A stretch of DNA of 64,000 nt, taken from Escherichia phage SKA64. Shown here in pieces: positions 9,265 to 17,987 of this stretch (position 1 is its first letter; each line of letters opens with the position of its first letter). The position numbers and the translations under genes were made by a program. The stretch lies in the sequence record OM362897.1. One strand, written 5' to 3'. The notes beneath the pieces were generated by a model. It searched no databases and had not been told where the DNA came from. It saw only the letters and a list, made by a program, of their open reading frames with translations.

Positions 9265-9855
9265 ATGCATACCGAGAGAGACTTGCAACTCTTGTGGTGG
9301 GAAGTGATGCAGGAAATAAAAGAAGATTTTCCTGTTTACTACAACATGTTACGTGAAGCAGGATATAAAGCTTGTGTTAGAAACAAAGTGAATAACTCTT
9401 TCGGTTGGTGCAACTACCGAGATAAAATTGTTGTTGTAAATTGGCACTTGCATAAGAACTCCACAAGAGATATGATCGTGGATACAATGAAGCACGAAAT
9501 TGCTCATGCTATTGATGGTTGTATGGGTAAGTTTAGTAGGCACGGTGCTCATTGGCAAAAACTGGCAGCAGAATTAGGGGCTAATCCTAAAGCCACTTCC
9601 AAAGAGCCGTTGAACCACGAATATAAATATGTTCTTGTTCTGGTAGATAGGTTTGCGACAAGATGTGTTAGAGGTTATAATCGTAAACCTAATCGCATGT
9701 ACCCAGGTAAGCAACCTAATATGTGGTTGAAATCAGATAAAGAAGGGACCGAAGGAAAATTATGGTTGTATAAATGGGACGATTGGGTTAAAGTAGCTAA
9801 AGAGTACGGTGTTTCACCATATATAAGAGATGCAGAAGAGGAGAATGAAGAATGA
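9265..9855 (+). CDS. SprT-like zinc metallopeptidase domain protein
   Basis: IVDTMKHEIAHAIDG (HExxH zinc-binding motif in SprT-like context). Confidence 0.55.
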   Translation: MHTERDLQLLWWEVMQEIKEDFPVYYNMLREAGYKACVRNKVNNSFGWCNYRDKIVVVNWHLHKNSTRDMIVDTMKHEIAHAIDGCMGKFSRHGAHWQKLAAELGANPKATSKEPLNHEYKYVLVLVDRFATRCVRGYNRKPNRMYPGKQPNMWLKSDKEGTEGKLWLYKWDDWVKVAKEYGVSPYIRDAEEENEE

Positions 9856-10964
9856 CAAGTCCATTTTTAAAAGCAGCTACTGGTGGTCAGAAGAAGCCTG
9901 AAATGAGCGTATTTGCTGCAACAACAGATGCAAGTAAATCTGTATTCGCTCCAAGCGTGTTAGATGCCAGTCCTGTTTATGCACCAGCGGCACCGCAAGA
10001 AGTTCCAGTTTTGCCTTCTATGACCCGACAAGAGATTGAAGAGATTGGGGCAGAGGCAGGAACAACCTTGCGTTCCTTGAATGCCGAGGTGTTAAAACAT
10101 CAACGTAGTAATCAAGGCGATCAGATGAGTGAACGACTCACAGCTTTGATTAAACAGGCAAAACAACTTGATCCAAACTCTATTAAACAAAGCAAGGGTA
10201 TTACTAAACTCATTAAAAAAGTTATGGGTATGAAAGAAGACCTGTTCGGGGAGTTTGATAATGTTAATAACCGTATTGAAGAGTTGGTAAAGAACCTTCA
10301 AATGGATATTCGCAAAGAAGAAGATTCCTTGGTATATCTTGAAAAGCTACATCAAGCTATTGGACAATATGCTGCAAGTTTGAACCGAGATATGCAGCTT
10401 CTAACAGCAACCTATGAAAAAGAAGAACAAGCTTTGGCTGCTCTTCCAGAAGATGCAGTAGAACAGCGACAAGTGATCCGAGATACTTTGGATCTTCTGG
10501 AGATTCGTATTGCAGATTTAAAAGCATTGCGCCTACTGTGTGTCCAAATGGGACCGCGTGTACAAGGTATGCAAAAAGTTTCTGCAAGCTTAATGCGATC
10601 TGCGCGTAACATAGTAAATAATGTTATTCCTGCTTACTCTGCTAACTTCTCAATGTATATCGAGAGCTTACGTCAAATGAAAGCAGCAGAGACGCAGAAT
10701 AACGTTCTTGATGAATTTAACCTGGCAATTAAACTGGGTAGCGATCTTGCCACACAGAATCAGATCGAAGCAGCAGCACTGGCTAACCGTCAAGTGTTGG
10801 ATATTGAAACTCTGCGTCACGATCAGGAAAACTTGGTTAAGATGCTGGAAGAAACTAACCGCATCAATACGGAAGCCCGTGCTGCTCGTGTTGATTATAT
10901 TAATGAAGTTCAATCTCTGGAAGACGGGATGGTAGCTGCTGTGAAACGAGGGCTTGGTAAATGA
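9852..10964 (+). CDS. TelA/KlaA-like toxic-anion-resistance family protein (tentative)
   Basis: 370 aa, largely alpha-helical/coiled-coil, size and composition consistent with TelA; assignment supported mainly by TerC/TerD context. Confidence 0.4.
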   Translation: MTSPFLKAATGGQKKPEMSVFAATTDASKSVFAPSVLDASPVYAPAAPQEVPVLPSMTRQEIEEIGAEAGTTLRSLNAEVLKHQRSNQGDQMSERLTALIKQAKQLDPNSIKQSKGITKLIKKVMGMKEDLFGEFDNVNNRIEELVKNLQMDIRKEEDSLVYLEKLHQAIGQYAASLNRDMQLLTATYEKEEQALAALPEDAVEQRQVIRDTLDLLEIRIADLKALRLLCVQMGPRVQGMQKVSASLMRSARNIVNNVIPAYSANFSMYIESLRQMKAAETQNNVLDEFNLAIKLGSDLATQNQIEAAALANRQVLDIETLRHDQENLVKMLEETNRINTEARAARVDYINEVQSLEDGMVAAVKRGLGK

Positions 10965-11158
10965 GAATCCGTATCTATATAATTGATGAAGACATTGGTG
11001 TCCGTTATGATGACGAAAAACGATTCGCACCGATGGGAGGCATATATCCCCCAAGTGTTCTAGCAGTTTGTCGTGATTGTTATATTTATGAAGGTTGTCG
11101 TAACTTCCGTAAATTCGAACTCCTTGCAGATATTGACTTCAATGAGGAGGAGGAGTAA
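10961..11158 (+). CDS. hypothetical small protein with Cys pairs
   Basis: 65 aa, CRDCYIYEGC; ATGA overlap with upstream gene. Confidence 0.45.
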   Translation: MRIRIYIIDEDIGVRYDDEKRFAPMGGIYPPSVLAVCRDCYIYEGCRNFRKFELLADIDFNEEEE

Positions 11159-11331
11159 TGAAAATATTACGAGTGAATATTGAAACTGCTTGGTGTGGAT
11201 GCAATGAGGTTGTGGATATCGAAATTGAAGATGATATGTCTCAAGAGGATATAGAAGATCTTGCACACGAAACCTTTCAGGATTATTGTAATTACGGGTT
11301 CCATATTTTAGAGGAGGAAGAAGATGTATAA
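11158..11331 (+). CDS. hypothetical small acidic protein (57 aa, below track cutoff)
   Basis: ATG overlapping upstream TAA, GAGGAGGAGG RBS; found by manual translation. Confidence 0.35.
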   Translation: MKILRVNIETAWCGCNEVVDIEIEDDMSQEDIEDLAHETFQDYCNYGFHILEEEEDV

Positions 11332-11722
11332 TCCAACAGGTATTCTTTTAAAACTTACAGTAACAGACCCTACTCTTTTCATCAAGTTAGCAAGTGGTGA
11401 AGTTTATGAAGTAATGAAAGATGATGACGGTTGGTGTTATCTTTGTGGCTACTTCCTCTGTGATGCAGAAGAGTTAGAATCCATTGTAACTAAAGGTTTT
11501 TATGAAGAACCAGGGTTCCGTGTGGAAACTACGCAGAAACCTGATACCATTACGTTGACTCGACAGGAACTGATCACAATCATTGAAGATGCTTTTATTG
11601 ATGGCTGGAATACACAAGATAATGACTGGGGTGGACCCGAAGCTTTTCTGGAACATCATAAAGCTTATGGAGAATTTTGTGAAACCACTGTAGCTCTTGA
11701 TAATCTGAAGGAGGGTTTGTAA
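11324..11722 (+). CDS. hypothetical protein (132 aa)
   Basis: ORF with GAGGAGGAAG RBS. Confidence 0.55.
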   Translation: MYNPTGILLKLTVTDPTLFIKLASGEVYEVMKDDDGWCYLCGYFLCDAEELESIVTKGFYEEPGFRVETTQKPDTITLTRQELITIIEDAFIDGWNTQDNDWGGPEAFLEHHKAYGEFCETTVALDNLKEGL

Positions 11723-12285
11723 TGGGTTGTTTTAGCTTTTTGTGCAAAGAATCGGGCAAAGCTGCCCTTTCTACTTCTTTCGACGGATCACCTTGCTACC
11801 TCTTTCTTTTGAAGGACGGTGTTGTTATTGAAGAGATGTATGGCAACTATGATAGTTATGGTTGTGTTTTCTCTGGAAAGGAGGATGAAAATGGTGTTCG
11901 TGAACGATTTGAATGGGCTATGGATTGGAGTAAGGTTTGTGATTTGATGCATTCCTCAAATCCAAGAGACGGTATCGCTATGGTGCTGGAAGAGTACTTT
12001 ACAGGTGAAATCCCTACAGAACAATCTGACGGAGATCCTAACCAAGGTTGGGGTGATGGTGAAGAAGATCCAGATTGTTTTTTCAGCACAGAAAAGAATA
12101 AGTTTAAACGTGTTGACAACCCTTATCACAAAGTGCATAATACTCTCATTGAAACAGAAGATGACAAGATGGAAATTGAAGAAGATGATCCTCTTGTAAC
12201 ACTTCCTATAAGTGAGTTACAAAAGATCACTAAGGAAGCTTACGATTTGGGCTTCAAAATTGGTAGAGGAGGTATGCGTGTTTAG
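11722..12285 (+). CDS. hypothetical acidic protein (187 aa)
   Basis: ORF with GGAGGG RBS; Asp/Glu-rich. Confidence 0.55.
   Translation: MGCFSFLCKESGKAALSTSFDGSPCYLFLLKDGVVIEEMYGNYDSYGCVFSGKEDENGVRERFEWAMDWSKVCDLMHSSNPRDGIAMVLEEYFTGEIPTEQSDGDPNQGWGDGEEDPDCFFSTEKNKFKRVDNPYHKVHNTLIETEDDKMEIEEDDPLVTLPISELQKITKEAYDLGFKIGRGGMRV
12113..12141 (+). promoter_or_regulatory. possible sigma70-like promoter (TTGACA-17-CATAAT), intragenic
   Basis: Consensus hexamers at proper spacing about 140 nt upstream of the paralog-A/vWA gene pair, but inside a CDS. Confidence 0.3.
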
Positions 12286-12556
12286 ATTCAATATTCAAGA
12301 AGAAAAAAGTCAAGATTTACCTATTGCTTTCGAAGATCTTGACGTAGGGGCAACATTCATGTATTATGATGCCTATGAAGACGCAGGGTTGGATACGTAC
12401 CGTAACTTGGTGTTCATTAAAAATTCCACAAACAGTGCGATTTGTATTAATGGATCACTAGCACAACGAGGCTATACTCATTGCATCCCACCAGATACAA
12501 ATATGGTGGAAGTAGATTTAGAAGTTACCAATATTACACTTAAGAAGGAGAAATAA
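12278..12556 (+). CDS. small conserved protein, paralog A (pairs with 13578..13847)
   Basis: GTG start with AGAGGAGG RBS; shares DLDVGxTF...GLD...ITLK pattern with paralog B. Confidence 0.5.
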   Translation: MFRFNIQEEKSQDLPIAFEDLDVGATFMYYDAYEDAGLDTYRNLVFIKNSTNSAICINGSLAQRGYTHCIPPDTNMVEVDLEVTNITLKKEK

Positions 12557-12557
12557 T

Positions 12558-13352
12558 ATGTCCGAGAAAATCAGCCTGAAAAAACGTCAAGAAAACCTTG
12601 CTTTCTCTCTGAAAAAGAATAAGAACCTGAATGAAGGTAAGATTGTTCTTCGTGTAGCATGTGCTCTAGATATTTCTGGTAGTATGCATGGTCTATATTC
12701 TAGTGGGGTAGTGAGTGATTTTGTAGGTAAACTGCTTCCTTTTGGTATGTTGTTCGACGATAATCAACAAATTGATATGTGGGCCTTCAATACGAGTTCC
12801 CAAGAGCTTACTCCAGCAACAGCAGACGTTTACGACGACTATGTTGGTAAATGTATGCGTAATGTTCGTATCGGAGGTGGAACAAATTACGCCCCTGTAA
12901 TGGCAGATATCTACGATGAGTATTTTGGCACTGTTACCAAATATATTACCACTAAACAAGTGGTACAAGAGGAGGCTCCAAAGAAAGGCTTCTTTAATCG
13001 TCTGCTTGGTAAAACTGAAACAGTGTCTGTAGAGCGTGAAAAAGTTGTAGCTGTATCAGAACCAGGTGCTGACGTTACCCCTGGTGTTGTATTCTTCCAG
13101 ACGGATGGTGAGAATGGTGATCCTAGTGCTGTTCGTCGTCTTATCGAAGAGAATAAGAATAAACCTATTTATTGGTTCATGGTTGGCGTTGGTAATGAGA
13201 AGTTTGGCTTCCTGAAAGAACTGGCAAATGCTTATGATAATGTTGGTTTTATTGGCATTAAAGATTTAGACTTGACAGATTCAGAGCTTTATGACAAACT
13301 CTTATCTGAAGAGTTCGGAGAGTGGGTTGTTAAAGTAGGTGCTAAAAAATGA
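12558..13352 (+). CDS. TerF-like protein: TerD-type N-terminus fused to von Willebrand factor A domain
   Basis: N-terminal KISLKK segment like TerD; MIDAS motif LDISGSM plus GGGTNY and FFQTDGENGD. Confidence 0.6.
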   Translation: MSEKISLKKRQENLAFSLKKNKNLNEGKIVLRVACALDISGSMHGLYSSGVVSDFVGKLLPFGMLFDDNQQIDMWAFNTSSQELTPATADVYDDYVGKCMRNVRIGGGTNYAPVMADIYDEYFGTVTKYITTKQVVQEEAPKKGFFNRLLGKTETVSVEREKVVAVSEPGADVTPGVVFFQTDGENGDPSAVRRLIEENKNKPIYWFMVGVGNEKFGFLKELANAYDNVGFIGIKDLDLTDSELYDKLLSEEFGEWVVKVGAKK

Positions 13353-13597
13353 TCGACGAGCTTGCCTCTCAAGTCATAGAAAATTATTGGCGCGAGAGAG
13401 AAGCTTTCATTATGCGCAGTCTCAAAGAGTATTTCATTGGGACTGTGCGAATGGAAGATATTGTAAGTAGAGTGGAGATTCATGTATGGCCCGATTATGA
13501 AGAATGGGTTGACAAAGAAAATGAAAATGCTATAATTCTTCGTATATACAAACCGGAGATAACATTAGGAGGAAGAAGTGTTAAACTTCGAAATTGA
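13349..13597 (+). CDS. hypothetical protein (82 aa)
   Basis: ATGA overlap with upstream gene; contains a promoter-like sequence near its end. Confidence 0.45.
   Translation: MIDELASQVIENYWREREAFIMRSLKEYFIGTVRMEDIVSRVEIHVWPDYEEWVDKENENAIILRIYKPEITLGGRSVKLRN
13509..13536 (+). promoter_or_regulatory. possible sigma70-like promoter (TTGACA-16-TATAAT), intragenic
   Basis: Perfect -35 and -10 hexamers upstream of paralog B and TerD, inside a CDS. Confidence 0.35.
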
Positions 13598-13847
13598 TGA
13601 GCAAAAAGTAAATAAACGATGCCTTACCATTAAAGATTTGGATGTAGGAGATACTTTCGTCTATGAAAATGCATTTGACGAAAATGGTTTAGACCTTAGT
13701 GAAATCATTGTTTATTTAAAAGTAGATGATGGGGAAAATGATTATTCTGCTGTAGAACTAAACCATCATGCACAATTAGTATCAATCCAAAGCACATCTA
13801 AGCTTTTGGAAGTAGAATTGACTGTAACTGGTATTACACTTAAATAA
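13578..13847 (+). CDS. small conserved protein, paralog B (pairs with 12278..12556)
   Basis: GTG start with AGGAGG RBS; shared motif pattern with paralog A. Confidence 0.5.
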   Translation: MLNFEIDEQKVNKRCLTIKDLDVGDTFVYENAFDENGLDLSEIIVYLKVDDGENDYSAVELNHHAQLVSIQSTSKLLEVELTVTGITLK

Positions 13848-13862
13848 TAGAGGAGACAAAAG

Positions 13863-14465
13863 ATGACTGATAAAATTTCCCTGAAAAAAGGCTCTAGCGA
13901 AAAAATTTCCCTGAAGAAGGTTGCTCCGGCTCTGAAAGAACTGCGCCTGGAATTCTCTTGGAAGTCTGATTCTAAACTGGATCTGGATGTAAGTGCACTG
14001 GTTTGTCGTCACAATGCCGCTGGCAATCCTGAAATGCTGTCTGCACGTCATCTTGTTTGCTATGCTAACAAGTTTGATCCTGAACGTTCTACCTTCGCTG
14101 GTGACGATGTTCGTGATGGCACTGGCAGCATGGAGCAGATCGATATTACTCTGGCTAAAATCTCTCCTGATGCACAAGAGATTGCCTTTGTTCTGACCAT
14201 TGATGATGATACAGGTCTGAAACGTTTTGGTCATGCTTCTGAAGGTATGCTTAAAATCTTCGACTCCGAGCGCAATGTGGAAATTCTGGATTTTGACTTC
14301 CTGGCTCCTGAAGTAGCTGGCAACACAATCTGCCACGTGGCTTCCTTGGTTCGTGAAGATGGGGAATGGAAGCTGAAAGCATATGGTGTAGGCAAAGCTG
14401 GTCTGGATATTTGTGATGTGGTGATGGCCTTCGGTGGTAAAAAAGAATGGTATGAATGTCCATAA
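13863..14465 (+). CDS. TerD-domain stress protein
   Basis: 200 aa; N-terminal KISLKKG...LDLDVSALV and GDDVRDGTG...IDDD pattern typical of TerD; codon usage biased to CTG/CGT/GGC. Confidence 0.75.
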   Translation: MTDKISLKKGSSEKISLKKVAPALKELRLEFSWKSDSKLDLDVSALVCRHNAAGNPEMLSARHLVCYANKFDPERSTFAGDDVRDGTGSMEQIDITLAKISPDAQEIAFVLTIDDDTGLKRFGHASEGMLKIFDSERNVEILDFDFLAPEVAGNTICHVASLVREDGEWKLKAYGVGKAGLDICDVVMAFGGKKEWYECP

Positions 14466-14483
14466 TAATTAACAAATGATTTT

Positions 14484-14503
14484 GAGGGGGAGAAATCCCC
14501 CTC
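14484..14503 (+). terminator. stem-loop / possible weak terminator after TerD
   Basis: GAGGGGG-AGAAAT-CCCCCTC hairpin; weak U-tract, so efficiency uncertain. Confidence 0.35.
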
Positions 14504-14532
14504 TTGCAATAAAGCCTCTATCGTGTTATACT
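14504..14532 (+). promoter_or_regulatory. sigma70-like promoter (TTGCAA-17-TATACT)
   Basis: Intergenic, immediately after hairpin and upstream of hydrolase gene. Confidence 0.5.
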
Positions 14533-14564
14533 AGAAATTCGTTAACTTAAAAAGGAGGCAAAAT

Positions 14565-15086
14565 TTGCTGATAAAAAACTTTGTAACAGTTGCGTTACTA
14601 TCCTTAACTGCTTTTACATTTACACCTGTTGTGGCGAAAGCCGAAGCTGCAAACGTAAAAACCGCTAAAGTAGTTCACAAATGTACAAAGCAATATAATG
14701 ATAAAATTCTATTAGCTTGTGCAATTTACGCAGAAGGTCGCGGTCTGGGTAAAAAAGGAATGAATGCCGTTGGGAATGTGGTAATCAACAGAAGAAATGA
14801 TACCTACTTCCCTAACACAGTCAGAGGGGTCTTGTTCCAGAAAGGGCAATTCTCATATGCGAAAACTTTTAACGTAACAGAGAAAGATAAGTGGCAGGAA
14901 GCAAAAGCAATAGCGGAGCGTTTACTTTATTTAGAGAAACATTTTCCTGAATTGCGGTCTGTTTTAGATGTTACTAAAGGTGCTCTATACTTCAAGAAAC
15001 GGAATATAAGGACACACTGGGAACGTGATATGCGTCTTGTTTATCGAGATAAAGTGCATGGTTTCTATCTACCAAAGGGGAGTTAA
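14565..15086 (+). CDS. secreted cell-wall hydrolase, SleB-like domain (candidate endolysin)
   Basis: TTG start with AAGGAGG RBS; Sec-type signal peptide ending AKA-EA; AIYAEGRG...VGNVVINR...QKGQFSYA matches SleB-type hydrolase motifs. Confidence 0.65.
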   Translation: MLIKNFVTVALLSLTAFTFTPVVAKAEAANVKTAKVVHKCTKQYNDKILLACAIYAEGRGLGKKGMNAVGNVVINRRNDTYFPNTVRGVLFQKGQFSYAKTFNVTEKDKWQEAKAIAERLLYLEKHFPELRSVLDVTKGALYFKKRNIRTHWERDMRLVYRDKVHGFYLPKGS

Positions 15087-15087
15087 A

Positions 15088-15372
15088 ATGCAAGAAGATA
15101 ATACTGTTGTTGTAGCAAGTTACCTGGTTGTCGGTCTTACTGAAGAGGATGTATACTACACCCGTAAGCATTTAGAAGCATACGCTACTTTGTTTATGGA
15201 AGATGAAAAGGATGTAGATAAATATAGCATTGACATGATCAACGACAGTATTTATCCTTGTATGGTTCTTAAAGTAGATGCTGTGTTGTGGGAGCGTTTT
15301 GCAAGGACTCATGATGCTGTAGAATGCTCCGCAGTAATGTCTCAAAACAACATTTTAGGGGAGATTCATTGA
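15088..15372 (+). CDS. hypothetical protein (94 aa)
   Basis: ATG at 15088 with AAGGGGAG RBS, 1 nt after hydrolase stop. Confidence 0.5.
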   Translation: MQEDNTVVVASYLVVGLTEEDVYYTRKHLEAYATLFMEDEKDVDKYSIDMINDSIYPCMVLKVDAVLWERFARTHDAVECSAVMSQNNILGEIH

Positions 15373-15602
15373 TGGGAGAAGTCATTGAAGTCAATTTTCG
15401 CACTAAACAGAAAGTGCAAAAATATGTCGTTATTAAAAACATTTGCGTTGTCTGCTTCAATACAGTAATATACGACTCACGACGCGGAGAAAACGAAAAT
15501 GAACCTTACATTGAAATTTCTAAGAACAAAGGTCAATGTATTTGTAAGAACTGTGCAGTAGCTATTAAGGAGGTTGTAAATGAAAACGCTTGGGACCAAT
15601 GA
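15372..15602 (+). CDS. hypothetical protein with two Cys pairs (possible zinc ribbon)
   Basis: CVVCF...CICKNC; start overlaps upstream stop. Confidence 0.45.
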   Translation: MGEVIEVNFRTKQKVQKYVVIKNICVVCFNTVIYDSRRGENENEPYIEISKNKGQCICKNCAVAIKEVVNENAWDQ

Positions 15603-15771
15603 AACTGGCGAGATCTCTCTTCAAGAAGTGACAAACGACAAACTGATTAAACTACGGGACGTAGCCCGTGACCATCTCCAAGAATCTTTTAAAGAATATA
15701 TGGAAGCACGAGATCGTGTGATTCAGATCCAACAAGAAATGATTAAACGTGGGATTGTAGCTGACAGTTAA
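15580..15771 (+). CDS. hypothetical small protein
   Basis: AAGGAGG RBS. Confidence 0.45.
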   Translation: MKTLGTNETGEISLQEVTNDKLIKLRDVARDHLQESFKEYMEARDRVIQIQQEMIKRGIVADS

Positions 15772-15787
15772 TATAACGGAGGGGAGA

Positions 15788-16351
15788 ATGATTTATTATA
15801 TTACTCCCTATCTGACAGGAAATATCGGCAAGGCTATCAATGAAGCCATTGCCGTTCTTCCAGATGATAGTTGGGTGTGTTTAAGAGATACCGATACAAT
15901 GTTCCTCCTACCTGATCAACCATCTATGCTTGAAGAGCTTGTTATGTCAAACCCGCCTTTTGATGTAATAGGTGCAACTTGTAACAGGTTAGGTAGTGGT
16001 TATCAGCTTTTCTCTAACCAAATTAACGATGATCCCGATATTCTAAACCATATAGAATATGCTAAGATTGCAAGAGAATATCATAAAGTGAGTGTTGAAG
16101 AAGTTCCTTTCGGAACACCTCTGGCAGGTTTCTTTTTGCTTTTTAGAAAATCATTGTGGAATGAAATTCCTTTCGAAGAAAAATCTATCCAATTCGACTT
16201 AATTTTCTCTCGCACTTTACATGAAAAAGGAAAGAGGTTAGGATTGATGCGGGGAATGTATCTGTTTCACATTTACAGATTAGGTCAAACAAATCCTCAA
16301 CGGTCTATACATCATTTATTACACTGTCATGATCACAGTAAAACTATTTAG
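15788..16351 (+). CDS. putative nucleotide-sugar transferase-like protein (weak)
   Basis: LRDTDTMF DxD-like segment; first gene of glycosyltransferase-like run. Confidence 0.3.
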   Translation: MIYYITPYLTGNIGKAINEAIAVLPDDSWVCLRDTDTMFLLPDQPSMLEELVMSNPPFDVIGATCNRLGSGYQLFSNQINDDPDILNHIEYAKIAREYHKVSVEEVPFGTPLAGFFLLFRKSLWNEIPFEEKSIQFDLIFSRTLHEKGKRLGLMRGMYLFHIYRLGQTNPQRSIHHLLHCHDHSKTI

Positions 16352-16359
16352 GAGAGAAA

Positions 16360-17043
16360 ATGGAAAATATTAAAATCGGAGTGGGTGTTATCACTGTAGG
16401 TGTCCGTCCACTTAAAGACTACCTTGTAACAGATCCACGTGCAGATTTTCGAGTATTCAACGATCCAGATCGTAAAGGTGTAGCTTATGCCAGGAATGAA
16501 CTTATGCACCAGTTTTATGAAGAAGGTTATGATTATTGGTTTATTTTTGACGATGATTGCTACCCAGTCATGGAGGGATGGGAAACATACTTTGTAGATC
16601 AAGCTGTCTCTGGAGGATGGGATTTCTTTGGTATGCCGGAGTATTTCAAAGATAAAGTTGTTGGAAGCAAAGGAGAAGTTATTCTCTGGGAACTTGCAAT
16701 GTGTCAATTTGCAATGTATTCTCGTGCCGTTGTTGAGAAGATGGGTTATTTCCGTCCTTACACTCACGGTTATGGTTTTGAAGATGCTGAATGGGGACAC
16801 CGTTTGCAAGCTGCTGGTTTGAATCATGGTATTCAGGCAACACCTTGTCCACTTCGTATCATGGCTTATATCCACCCAGACGATGTTTTTGGAAACAATC
16901 CTATGCCTTTTGCTAACCTGACAAAAGAAGAGAAAGAGGCTGCTATTGGGATTAACTGGGAAGAATATAAAGCATCTTTAGAGGATATTAAAAATGGGAA
17001 AATCCGAATTTCCTATGAGGAGGCACTAGCACATGTCAAATAA
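16360..17043 (+). CDS. glycosyltransferase family 2-like (GT-A fold)
   Basis: KGVAYARNEL and FIFDDDCYP (DxD) motifs. Confidence 0.5.
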   Translation: MENIKIGVGVITVGVRPLKDYLVTDPRADFRVFNDPDRKGVAYARNELMHQFYEEGYDYWFIFDDDCYPVMEGWETYFVDQAVSGGWDFFGMPEYFKDKVVGSKGEVILWELAMCQFAMYSRAVVEKMGYFRPYTHGYGFEDAEWGHRLQAAGLNHGIQATPCPLRIMAYIHPDDVFGNNPMPFANLTKEEKEAAIGINWEEYKASLEDIKNGKIRISYEEALAHVK

Positions 17044-17980
17044 AAAATGGTCTAAACTAAAAATTGATGCAAAACCTCACAGCGGTTGTGACTATCATCG
17101 TATTGTTATACCATTTAACAACAATAATATTCAACCTAAGAAAGATGTTGTTGTGTTTAACCGTATCCACTCTAAAGGTGCAGAATACGTTTTATCTTTG
17201 AAACGTCAAGGTGTTAAGGTTGTTGTAGACTTAGATGATTTTTACCAACTTAATCCAGAACATTATTTAGCAAGTCTATACGAGTCAAACACTCATGCTA
17301 TTGTAGCTATGGTTAAGCTTGCTGATGTGGTTATTGTGACTACGGAATATTTGGCATATAAGATCCGTCACTTAAATAGGAATGTTGTTGTGATCCGAAA
17401 TGCACTTCCTTTTGATAGCGGACAATTCACTTTGTCAAATGATCGTTCATCCGGTACCCCTGTTGTATGGGCTGGCGGTGCTAGTCACGAACCAGACTTA
17501 CGACTAGTCTCTAATACTTTCGATGATGAACTTCTTACTATTGCGGGATATGAAGCATCACAAAGCATCACGGGACAAGAGTGGATTAAGATTCGCAGAA
17601 ATTTACCAAATGCCAAATATAAAGCCGCTGTAAAAGATTTAGATAATTACATGAGTGTTTACGAAAGTCATGCTATTGCTATAGCTCCTTTGGTAGATAA
17701 TGATTTTAATAATTGTAAAAGTAATCTCAAAATCCTGGAAGCTGGAGCAAAAGGTATTCCAATTGTTTGTTCTAAGGTATTACCTTATTTTAACCCTGTA
17801 GATGCTCGCGCTGTTGCTTACGCAGAGAATAAAGCAGAATGGCATTACGAAATTGTTAAGCTTCTTCGCAATCCAAACTATCGGGAAGATCGTGGCTTGT
17901 TCTTGGCTGAACATGTTCGAACACATTATAATCTGGCAGATGCAAACGAGTTGCGACGCCAGGTTATTGAAAGTTTGTAG
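17033..17980 (+). CDS. glycosyltransferase-like protein, paralog 1 (GT-B-like)
   Basis: NCKSNLKILEAGAKGIPIVCS resembles GT-B donor-binding helix; paralogous to next gene. Confidence 0.4.
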   Translation: MSNKKWSKLKIDAKPHSGCDYHRIVIPFNNNNIQPKKDVVVFNRIHSKGAEYVLSLKRQGVKVVVDLDDFYQLNPEHYLASLYESNTHAIVAMVKLADVVIVTTEYLAYKIRHLNRNVVVIRNALPFDSGQFTLSNDRSSGTPVVWAGGASHEPDLRLVSNTFDDELLTIAGYEASQSITGQEWIKIRRNLPNAKYKAAVKDLDNYMSVYESHAIAIAPLVDNDFNNCKSNLKILEAGAKGIPIVCSKVLPYFNPVDARAVAYAENKAEWHYEIVKLLRNPNYREDRGLFLAEHVRTHYNLADANELRRQVIESL

Positions 17981-17987
17981 GTGAAGT

